Source: Phycisphaerae bacterium (GTDB taxonomy: Bacteria; Planctomycetota; Phycisphaerae; Sedimentisphaerales; UBA12454). Taken from it: a stretch of DNA of 64,000 bases. The stretch lies in assembly GCA_041478555.1 (NCBI GenBank), contig JBGOWI010000002.1, positions 14,622-78,621 of the forward strand, in the 5' to 3' direction. Of this stretch, positions 27,265 to 35,016 are shown one piece after another; within the stretch, counting starts at the first letter, position 1, and the number at the start of each line of letters is the position of its first letter. The notes below the pieces were generated by a model. That model worked only from the letters and a program-made list of their open reading frames with translations, was not told the DNA's origin and did not search any database. The translations under genes and the position numbers were made by a program.

Positions 27265-27387
27265 CCTTCGCTCCTCCATATATTTATCCTGTTTTTTCCT
27301 TTCTTTAGTTGAAACGTTACATTTTCAAGGTTGAAATTGCCGATAATACAAAAACTTATGCTCGTTAAACCATTTCTTATAGGACTT

Positions 27388-27415
27388 ATTTTACCAGCCT
27401 TCTTTAAATTGTCAA
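27388..27415 (-). promoter_or_regulatory. Sigma70-like promoter of subunit cassette 2
   Basis: The minus strand reads TTGACA-16 nt-TAAAAT, within a block conserved with 25406-25440. Confidence 0.45.
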
Positions 27416-27723
27416 TACCCAAACTTCCTAAATTGCCCATTTTTCACCATTTTTCCATTTTGCCATAAAAGGACAAAAAAAAACAGTTTTTATTTCAAAA
27501 AATTTGGTTAACTGCTTTAGCTAAAAGTGGTTATATTAATTTGGTGGTATCGGATAAAAACTACTTCTTAATGTAGACTATCTTGTTATTTTAGAATGAG
27601 GTGTTTCTTGAGCAGTATTATTATGTGAATATAGGCAGAAAATATAACCTGTGTTAAGCAACGTGTGATTACAAAACACTTTCTTTTAGGCGAAGAGCGG
27701 TAAAACTTAAAGACAAGCAGCCG

Positions 27724-28410
27724 TCAAGAATTAGAGTTGTTAGCATCATCCACAAAAAACTCGTTTTGGCTCAACCTCTCGAAAAAATCATTTTCTTGGG
27801 ACAGAGTCTCGTTTTGCTCCGTAAGCATCGTGTTCTCATCGGCCAGATGAGTAGTTTTCTCCGCAAGAGATGCATTTTCCGCTGTGAGCCTGTTATTTTC
27901 TGCGCTTAGCTGCTCTATCCTGATACAGTACTCTCTTGCAGCCTTTCTGATTTGGTCGTTCAGTATTTCGATTCTCTCTGTAAGTTTTTGATTTTCCTCG
28001 GTAATTGTTTGATTGCCGGCTGCCAGTGTTTCTGTCTGGCCGATGAGTGTTTCGAGCTGATTTTCGAGTGTTTCAATTTGGCTAACAAGTTCCTGATTTT
28101 CACTTAAAAGCTCGGCATTCTGGCTGGAGAGGGTATGACTCTGGGTTTCAAATTCCTCAGCAAGCATCCGGGCTTTCTTCTGTTCGAGGCTCAGGTGTTC
28201 ACTTAACTTTTGTTTTTCCATCTGTAGATGGCTGATGGTCTGAATCATTGTCTGTCTTTCTTTGAACAGCAATGCGGCAGCGCCGGTTAAAGCAAGCAAA
28301 ATTACCGTCAGCAAAGATACCACAATAACTCTGCGCCCCAGGCCTGATTTGTGCATTCTTTTGCCGTCTTCGTTAGACGATGTATCAAATGTATTTTCAC
28401 TGAAATCCAT
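27724..28410 (-). CDS. Bitopic membrane protein with a ~170-aa coiled-coil ectodomain
   Basis: One TM segment (VIVVSLLTVILLALTGAAALLF) is followed by heptad-rich Q/E/N/L sequence (..ENQELVSQIETLENQLETLIGQTETL..). Confidence 0.7.
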   Translation of the reverse strand: MDFSENTFDTSSNEDGKRMHKSGLGRRVIVVSLLTVILLALTGAAALLFKERQTMIQTISHLQMEKQKLSEHLSLEQKKARMLAEEFETQSHTLSSQNAELLSENQELVSQIETLENQLETLIGQTETLAAGNQTITEENQKLTERIEILNDQIRKAAREYCIRIEQLSAENNRLTAENASLAEKTTHLADENTMLTEQNETLSQENDFFERLSQNEFFVDDANNSNS

Positions 28411-28470
28411 TTTTATCCTCTTTTATGTAATCAGATAACATTTATAGAACCTTCCCCATTTCTGTTATGA

Positions 28471-28499
28471 ATTTTAACACAAAAAACGCTTTGGTTCAA
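28471..28499 (-). promoter_or_regulatory. Sigma70-like promoter of the coiled-coil gene
   Basis: The minus strand reads TTGAAC-17 nt-TAAAAT. Confidence 0.4.
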
Positions 28500-28822
28500 C
28501 AGTAAAACGCGTTTGGGGCCTTTGGCGGGCGGGTTGTGTTTATTCAGCGAGTAGGCAGGCGGTTTTTATGGGTCATTGAGAAAAAATTTACTTAAGTGCA
28601 CAATACTGTCTACGATAAAAACCGGACTATCGCCGGTTGTGAGCCGGGTTGTTTCTGCGCAACTGAATCCTTGACAGGGACATCTCTGAATAACTTGTAA
28701 TTTCGTTGCCATGAGAGTGTTATCTATGAGCGGTTTTTTGAAATCGTATCGAAGGACTATTCAAATCCAGTCAGTCATATCAACTGACCAATTCGGTCTT
28801 ACCACAGAAAAAGCTCAATATT

Positions 28823-28915
28823 GTCAAAAAAGTGTCAGTTGCCACCGGTAAATCACTTCAGTTTCTACTTGTTACTCACTTGTCAACCTCATTTTCGGCC
28901 AAAAAACGCAATATA
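28823..28915 (-). mobile_element. Second remnant of the same IS end (about 90 nt, with an 11-nt deletion)
   Basis: gtcaaaaaagtgtcagttgccaccggtaaatcacttcagtttctacttgttactcacttgtcaacc..ggccaaaaaacgcaatata aligns with 17754-17857 in the same orientation. Confidence 0.75.
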
Positions 28916-28940
28916 ACCATTCGGTGACACTTGAGTTATA

Positions 28941-28993
28941 AACCCCTTATCGGATTAGAAATCCGTTGCTCTGTCCAGCTGAGCTACGAGCGC
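28941..28993 (-). pseudogene. Truncated tRNA-Arg(UCU): acceptor 5' strand, D-arm, anticodon arm and variable loop; the T-arm and 3' acceptor are missing
   Basis: The reverse complement reads GCGCTCG TA GCTC AGCTGGACA GAGC A ACGGA TTTCTAA TCCGA TAAGG GGTT, then unrelated sequence. There is no TTCGAAT T-loop and no CGAGCGC 3' strand. Confidence 0.75.
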
Positions 28994-29107
28994 AAGGGTT
29001 TTTCCTGAGACATACTTTATATTCCGGCCGGCAGTATTGTAAGAAGATTAAGCGCAACGTGTAGATATAGCGGTGCTTTCCTGTCCTGCGGCAGATTTGA
29101 AGAGGAG

Positions 29108-29135
29108 TTGCTTTTTTAAATCCTTGTGATACAAT
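29108..29135 (+). promoter_or_regulatory. Sigma70-like promoter upstream of the ATPase gene
   Basis: TTGCTT-16 nt-TACAAT. Confidence 0.35.
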
Positions 29136-29219
29136 CACAGTTACCGTATTTTGAGCTGTTCCATAATGGCGCTATTGGCTGTAAATTATAACTCGAAACT
29201 AATCTGTTAAGGTGATGCC

Positions 29220-30329
29220 ATGGCACAGGTATTGCTTAAGGATGTTAAAAAAATCTATGATAATAGCTTTGTGGCGGTCAGGGATATTAATCTCAATGTC
29301 AATGACAAGGAATTTATAGTAATAGTAGGACCTTCCGGCTGCGGCAAGACCACAATACTTAGGATGATAGCAGGGCTGGAGGAGATAACAGAGGGAACTG
29401 TTGTCATAAGCGACCGGGTTGTTAACGACATTCCTCCCAAAGACCGTAACATAGCCATGGTCTTTCAGAACTACGCGCTCTATCCCCATATGACGGTATT
29501 TCAAAATATGGCCTTTAGTCTGAAACTTCGTAAATACCCAAAAGCCGAGATAAAAAAACGTGTCAAAGAAGCAGCAGAAATGCTCAGTATCAGTGACCAG
29601 CTTAATAAAAAGCCCAAGGCTCTGTCCGGCGGTCAGCGCCAGCGAGTTGCGCTGGGTCGAGCAATTGTTCGCAATCCGGCGGCGTTTTTATTTGATGAGC
29701 CTTTAAGCAACCTTGATGCAAAGCTTCGTGTAACAACCCGCGCAGAATTAAAAGCGCTGCATCACAGGCTTAAAACAACCTCAATTTATGTAACGCATGA
29801 CCAGGCCGAGGCAATGACGCTCGGGGACAGGATATGTGTTATGTATAACGGAGTAATCCAGCAGGTAGCGCCACCTATGGAAGTTTATGACAAACCTGTG
29901 AACCGCTTTGTGGCGGGATTTTTAGGCACTCCCCCGATGAATTTCTTTGAAGGCAGGCTGCGACTCAAAGATAATAAAATTGCGTTTGTATTGAGTGACG
30001 GCACTGCAATTGTGCTGAAAGCCGCAAACAATCTCAAACCTTATATCGACAAGGAGATGGCATTGGGTGTCAGGCCTGAGCATTTGACTGTCGAACAACT
30101 GGCGGGTCAGGCTGATAATGGCATCAGGTCGACGGTTAATATTGTCGAGCCGCTGGGCGACAGGAAGGATGTATATCTGACCAGCTCGTCAGGCCTTAAG
30201 TTCATCGCCAATCTCGACCCTCATACCGCGGTTGATGTTGACCAGCGGGTTACTATGTACGTAGACATATCCAAGGCACATGTTTTTGAGCCCGGTGAGA
30301 CTGGGAAAAATGCAACTTTGGCCGGATAG
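29220..30329 (+). CDS. msmX: Sugar ABC transporter ATP-binding protein, MsmX/MalK/UgpC type (no permease genes nearby)
   Basis: Walker A GPSGCGKTT, signature LSGGQRQRVALGRA and Walker B FLFDEPLSNLD, plus a C-terminal TOBE-like regulatory domain. Confidence 0.88.
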   Translation: MAQVLLKDVKKIYDNSFVAVRDINLNVNDKEFIVIVGPSGCGKTTILRMIAGLEEITEGTVVISDRVVNDIPPKDRNIAMVFQNYALYPHMTVFQNMAFSLKLRKYPKAEIKKRVKEAAEMLSISDQLNKKPKALSGGQRQRVALGRAIVRNPAAFLFDEPLSNLDAKLRVTTRAELKALHHRLKTTSIYVTHDQAEAMTLGDRICVMYNGVIQQVAPPMEVYDKPVNRFVAGFLGTPPMNFFEGRLRLKDNKIAFVLSDGTAIVLKAANNLKPYIDKEMALGVRPEHLTVEQLAGQADNGIRSTVNIVEPLGDRKDVYLTSSSGLKFIANLDPHTAVDVDQRVTMYVDISKAHVFEPGETGKNATLAG

Positions 30330-30365
30330 GCATAATGAATAATATTTGACGGGGAATGAAACATA

Positions 30366-32018
30366 TTGAAAGGTAATTTGTTCAAAAAGTCCGCACTTAT
30401 AGTGTATATCACGTCGATTCTGGGGATTGTGCGGGCTTGCTTCTCCAAGGAATCGCCGACAGACATTCCCCATCTTGGAAAACACCGAGACGCTACGCAG
30501 CTCATTGTGGACGGCGAACCATTTCTGATACTTGGAGGCCAACTGGGAAACTCAAGTGCATCCAGTCTCAATTATATAAGGCCGATATGGCGCAAGCTGG
30601 TCCAGATGAATCTCAACACAGTCCTGACACCTGTTTACTGGGATTTGATAGAACCCCGCCAAGGCAAGTTTGACTTTACGCTGGTCGATGGTCTTATAGC
30701 CGGTGCCAGACGGCACAATCTGCGTCTAATTCTTCTATGGTTTGGAAGCTGGAAAAACAGCATGTCCTGCTATGCACCGCAGTGGGTTAAAACCAATCAA
30801 CAGCGTTTCCCGCGAGCCAGACTTCGAACCGGACAGGCTATGGAGATTCTTTCAGCCTTTGATAAGGCAAATCTCGATGCCGATGCGTCCGCTTTCGCGG
30901 CTCTTATGCGACACATTCGTAAAATAGACGGCAGAAAACACACAGTCATTATGGTTCAGGTAGAGAATGAAGTAGGGATGCTGGAAGATGCGCGAGACTA
31001 CAGCGATGAGGCCAATCTTGCTTTTAAACAGCAGGTGCCGAAGGAGCTGATAGATTACCTTAAAGAAAACAAGGATATACTTGTGCCTGAGTTCCGCCAG
31101 GTTTGGCAGGCCGCCGGTTTCAAAACAGGCGGCGGGTGGGAAGAAGTCTTCGGCAAAGGTCTTTGGACGGATGAAATCTTCATGGCCTGGCACTACGCGC
31201 GCTACATTAATCAGGTAGCCCAGGCAGGCAAAGCTGAGTATCCTCTGCCGATGTTTGCCAACGCAGCGCTGAACCGTCCGAACCACAGACCCGGCCAATA
31301 TCCCAGTGCCGGGCCGCTGCCACATTTGTTCGACATCTGGCGAGCTGCTTCTCAGGAGATTGATTTTTTTTCGCCTGATATTTACTTTCCTGATTTTGGG
31401 CAGTGGTGCCGGAAATACCATCGGGCCGCGAATCCGTTGTTCATACCTGAGACGGGCAGGGATTTGCATAGTGAGATTAACGTGTTTTATGCCGTCGGAC
31501 AACACGATGCGATTGGGTTTAGTCCATTTTCGATTGAATCAATCCCGCCGGAAAACTCGCCGATTTCCAGAAGCTACGAAATCCTTTCTCAGTTATCGCC
31601 CTTGATTCTGGAAAAACAGGGCAGCGGTGCAATGGCAGGTGTATTGCTGGACAAGGAAAATCAGACTCAGGAAATAAAATTGGGCAAATACACTCTGAAG
31701 GTTTCTCACGATTACACGTTTGAGTGGACGCCGAGGCCTCGCGAGGCCCAGTTTTGGCCGCCTGCAGGGGGTATTATCATTTTGACAGGGCCTGACGAAT
31801 ATGTGATTGCCGGTGCCGGCTTGATTGTTACATTTGCTCCGAATCCGCCATCAGGCCAGATTGCAGGAATAGCCGGCATTCAGGAAGGAACGTATGTGAA
31901 TGGCCGCTGGGTTGGCGGACGCTGGTTGAACGGCGACCAGAGTCACCAGGGCAGACATCTGAATTTGCCTTCCGGCAGTTTCGGCATACAGCGCATCAAA
32001 CTGTACCGTTACCGCTGA
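30366..32018 (+). CDS. Clan GH-A beta-galactosidase-like glycoside hydrolase (GH35/42-related, DUF4978/DUF5597-type architecture)
   Basis: LIVDGEPFLILGGQLGNSSAS..IWRKLVQMNLNTVLTPVYWDLIEPRQGKFDF and VQVENEVG are present. The start is TTG. The exact family is uncertain. Confidence 0.6.
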   Translation: MKGNLFKKSALIVYITSILGIVRACFSKESPTDIPHLGKHRDATQLIVDGEPFLILGGQLGNSSASSLNYIRPIWRKLVQMNLNTVLTPVYWDLIEPRQGKFDFTLVDGLIAGARRHNLRLILLWFGSWKNSMSCYAPQWVKTNQQRFPRARLRTGQAMEILSAFDKANLDADASAFAALMRHIRKIDGRKHTVIMVQVENEVGMLEDARDYSDEANLAFKQQVPKELIDYLKENKDILVPEFRQVWQAAGFKTGGGWEEVFGKGLWTDEIFMAWHYARYINQVAQAGKAEYPLPMFANAALNRPNHRPGQYPSAGPLPHLFDIWRAASQEIDFFSPDIYFPDFGQWCRKYHRAANPLFIPETGRDLHSEINVFYAVGQHDAIGFSPFSIESIPPENSPISRSYEILSQLSPLILEKQGSGAMAGVLLDKENQTQEIKLGKYTLKVSHDYTFEWTPRPREAQFWPPAGGIIILTGPDEYVIAGAGLIVTFAPNPPSGQIAGIAGIQEGTYVNGRWVGGRWLNGDQSHQGRHLNLPSGSFGIQRIKLYRYR

Positions 32019-32167
32019 GTTCTGAATACCGCAGTTAATTAACAGAAAGTTCTTGAAACCTGCCTGGTCAAATGCAGGACGAATCAGAAATTATTTCTTT
32101 GTGTTTTCCATGTCTTTATTTTGGAGTTTTTGTTTTTTGTCTAAAGGGAAAACAGGTACAAAACGGT

Positions 32168-34423
32168 TCACCGAGTCTCGATGTAAGGTTTGCCAGCCTT
32201 ATACAAAACCAGCCGGCTTTTAATCTCCTTTTTGAGCGTTTCTTGTTCGGAAGATTGGCATAACTCCAAAGCCTTTTCTGCTGTCTCTACGGCCTTACCG
32301 AAGGCACCCGTCGCAGCATAGGTCGCAGCCAGCGTATCCAATAATCCGGGTTTTTTGTATTTAGTAAGTTCGCAGGCGTGCTGCGCAAGTTTGAGCGCCC
32401 TATCGGGATTGTGGACCGTAGTTTTCTTACTTGTAGCCAGTAACCAGGCCAGGTCATTCATAGGCTCAACCCAGTCAGGTTTGAGTCGCAGCGCCTCCTC
32501 GAAATGTACAATGGCCTCATTGATTTTACCCCTTTGCGCCAGAACCTGCCCAAGATAGTAATGCGCCTCCGCATGGTTAGGGTCCAACTGCAGTGCTTCA
32601 GTAAAATGTACGGCAGCATCATTGTGGTTGCCTTGGAGGACTAAGGCATAGCCTAAATCGGTATGAGCATCGGCAAAATCAGGCTTTATCCGCAGGGCTT
32701 CGGTAAAGTATTTAATGGCTTCATCGAGTTTGCCCTGCCGGCCAAGTGCAAGACCAAGAGCGTTGAGTACATTCGGGTCATCCGGCTCCGTCTGAAGAGA
32801 TTTTCGATATTCCTCGGCGGCCTGGTCAAATTTTTCCTGCCGGTAGAGTACTGCACCAAGGTTATTGCGGGCAATAGCATTTTGGGGCTGAGTGAGCAGG
32901 ATTTTTTCATACTCTTTCACCGCTTCTTCGAGTTTGCCACTGTTGGTCAATGCGTATCCGAGATTGATACGGAAGTTGACAAAATTAGGTGCGATTTGAA
33001 GGGCTTTATTGAAGGGCGAAATGGCCTCAGCGAATTTGCCCTGCTTCATAAACGTATCCGCTATGTTGGCGTAAGCTATGTAGTTATCATTGGTTACTTC
33101 GAGTGCGTGCTGAAAAAGTGTTATGCTGTCTTTCCAATATCGCTGCTGGAGGTGTGCCTGTGTGGCGAGTGCGAATAAAACTATCAGTGCGGACGCCCAG
33201 AGTGCGATTTTTCGATGCGGCCATTTTCCGAGCAGTTCGGGTAAGCCCCAGGCAATAATAATAAATAAACCCGTCAGGGTGATGTAGCTGTAGCGGTCGG
33301 CCATAGCCTGGTCACCAACCTGGACAAGACCAATAACAGGCACGAGTGTTCCAAGAAACCAAAACCAGCCTGTGACAAGGTATCGACGGTTTTTGGAGAA
33401 TCGAAGTATAAGGATTGTTACGACTATCAGAACACCGGCAGACATCGCGGCATGTGAAAACGACACGCCCTGGACGGGGTGTGGATAAAACACGGCCAAT
33501 CGGCTCGGCCATATCATTTTCCTTATGTATTCCATGTAAGAGACAAGGGCGTTGGAGATGCGAAACTTTAGAGGAACCAGAGTAATCGGCACCACTATTC
33601 CGCCGCTTCGCTGTGCAAAGAAGGTAACGACACTTGAAACTGCCGAGAGGGCAAAGAAAGGGGTTTTTTCCCAGATCAGGTGATAGAGTATCAGTTTGTG
33701 AAAGTGGATATCCATATGTTTTTCATTCTGTTTGCCAGTTTTGACGACGGCCTGTCCGGACGGGATGCGAGCAAGGGGCCAATAGTCCAGCAGCAGTAAT
33801 ACAAACGGTAAAGTTACGAGCATGGACTTTGCCATGATGCCCAGAGCGAAGGTCAACAATGTTAACAGATAGCGAGCAGTGCCCGGATGTTTGACATATC
33901 GCAGATACGCAGCCATCGTAAGTATCCAGAAAAAAGTGCTCAAGACATCTTTACGCTCGGTGACCCAGGCAACAGATTCGACATGGAGCGGGTGAAGAGC
34001 GAATAAAGCCGCCACAAATGCGCTCGGCCAGAGCGAACCTGTCATCTGTTTTAGAACAACAAAGAGGAGCAGGGTATTCGCAATATGAAAAACCAGATTG
34101 ATAAGATGATGGCCTCCGGCGTTATGGCCGAAGAGCTGCCAGCCCAGCATATGTGAAAGCCAGGTTAAGGGATGCCAGATACTGGTGTGAGTGGTAGTGA
34201 AGGCCCACTTGATGGCTTTAAAAGTGATACCAGCCTGAATGTCCGGATTTTGGTAGACATAGACGTTGTCATCATAATTAACAAAATCATATGTCCAGAC
34301 CTGATAATAAACTGCTATGGTAGCAAACACCAAAGCCGCGCAAATCCAAAATGTGTGAAAATAATTGGGGTTATAATGGTTTTTGTTCACGTGTCCCTCG
34401 ATTATGTAAAGAGTTTTAGCCAT
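32168..34423 (-). CDS. TMTC-like membrane protein: GT-C-type (DUF1736) multi-TM N-terminal domain plus C-terminal TPR repeats
   Basis: YDDNVYVYQNPDIQ..IWHPLTWLSHMLGWQLFG..HHLINLVFH is followed by ~10 TM segments and ~8 TPR units (..A..Y..AL...P....A...LG..). Confidence 0.75.
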   Translation of the reverse strand: MAKTLYIIEGHVNKNHYNPNYFHTFWICAALVFATIAVYYQVWTYDFVNYDDNVYVYQNPDIQAGITFKAIKWAFTTTHTSIWHPLTWLSHMLGWQLFGHNAGGHHLINLVFHIANTLLLFVVLKQMTGSLWPSAFVAALFALHPLHVESVAWVTERKDVLSTFFWILTMAAYLRYVKHPGTARYLLTLLTFALGIMAKSMLVTLPFVLLLLDYWPLARIPSGQAVVKTGKQNEKHMDIHFHKLILYHLIWEKTPFFALSAVSSVVTFFAQRSGGIVVPITLVPLKFRISNALVSYMEYIRKMIWPSRLAVFYPHPVQGVSFSHAAMSAGVLIVVTILILRFSKNRRYLVTGWFWFLGTLVPVIGLVQVGDQAMADRYSYITLTGLFIIIAWGLPELLGKWPHRKIALWASALIVLFALATQAHLQQRYWKDSITLFQHALEVTNDNYIAYANIADTFMKQGKFAEAISPFNKALQIAPNFVNFRINLGYALTNSGKLEEAVKEYEKILLTQPQNAIARNNLGAVLYRQEKFDQAAEEYRKSLQTEPDDPNVLNALGLALGRQGKLDEAIKYFTEALRIKPDFADAHTDLGYALVLQGNHNDAAVHFTEALQLDPNHAEAHYYLGQVLAQRGKINEAIVHFEEALRLKPDWVEPMNDLAWLLATSKKTTVHNPDRALKLAQHACELTKYKKPGLLDTLAATYAATGAFGKAVETAEKALELCQSSEQETLKKEIKSRLVLYKAGKPYIETR

Positions 34424-34730
34424 AGTGATAATTCTATAACTTAGGTCTATATTTTAAACAATACAGAAATCAAAGATTTACCCACAGTGAACCTCACTGG
34501 CGGGAAAACCGCGATGTCTACAAAAAAATCATCAATGCAAGAGAAAAGCCGATTCGCCGCAGTATGCCCTTCACTATGGCCTTTAAAACCGACTAAATTA
34601 ACTATTAAGGATTTAAAGCCTCCTGTTATCGTTAATTTTGTATATCTTTGGCGATTATCGCTTTATGGGGTGAAACGCAGGATTTTTTATAATTATTTGC
34701 CACGAAAATTAAAAAAGCGCAAAAAAAGTC

Positions 34731-34777
34731 TTGACGTGCTTAAACAAAACTGGTACTATCCAGTAAACGTTTACTTG
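34731..34777 (+). promoter_or_regulatory. Promoter plus LacI-type operator, copy A
   Basis: TTGACG-17 nt-TACTAT, then the palindrome AGTAAACGTTTACT (34762-34775). Confidence 0.65.
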
Positions 34778-35016
34778 TTCTTTAATCATTTAGAACGTGT
34801 AATTATCGGGTGTTGACAAGTCCCCCATAGGGAGGAGGACGAAATCAATCTCCCAAAGAGTGTAAAAGATATGCTCCGAATGCAGTCAGAGTTTGGAGGT
34901 GTGTCTTGTAAAATTTATTTATAGTGTTTGGTATTCGAATGTTAAACTTTTAAAGTGTCGTATTTGTAACCCGAAATGAAGAAGTGTTCCTTAATTTTTT
35001 TAAGGAGGAGTAGATT
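34778..35016 (+). promoter_or_regulatory. Conserved ~240-nt 5' leader, copy A (candidate cis-regulatory RNA)
   Basis: Near-identical to 38205-38439; the core is shared with 36003-36125. It contains a CTCCGAA-11 nt-TTTGGAG hairpin, C-rich/G-rich alternative pairing segments and the SD-covering hairpin TCCTTAA-ttttt-TTAAGGA (34988-35006). Confidence 0.5.

Noticed and set aside
28941-28993. Possible intact tRNA-Arg gene
   Set aside because: Only the 5' ~53 nt fold as a tRNA. No T-loop (TTCGAAT-like) and no complementary 3' acceptor strand follow. I treat it as a truncated pseudogene.
17643-28995. Island as a prophage, integrative element or defence island
   Set aside because: I can recognise no integrase, phage structural genes, nuclease, ATPase or toxin-antitoxin-type genes. 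Only IS debris is present. Mobility, if any, was IS- or recombination-mediated.
28947-29138. 63-aa minus-strand ORF
   Set aside because: It is built on the tRNA-Arg fragment and adjacent intergenic DNA, with no coding signal.
34487-34816. 109-aa plus-strand ORF upstream of the first PEP-CTERM gene
   Set aside because: It spans the repeated promoter, LacI operator and leader. It is K-rich and low-complexity, lacks an RBS, and its 3' part is non-coding sequence repeated at 35.9 and 38.1 kb. Likely spurious.
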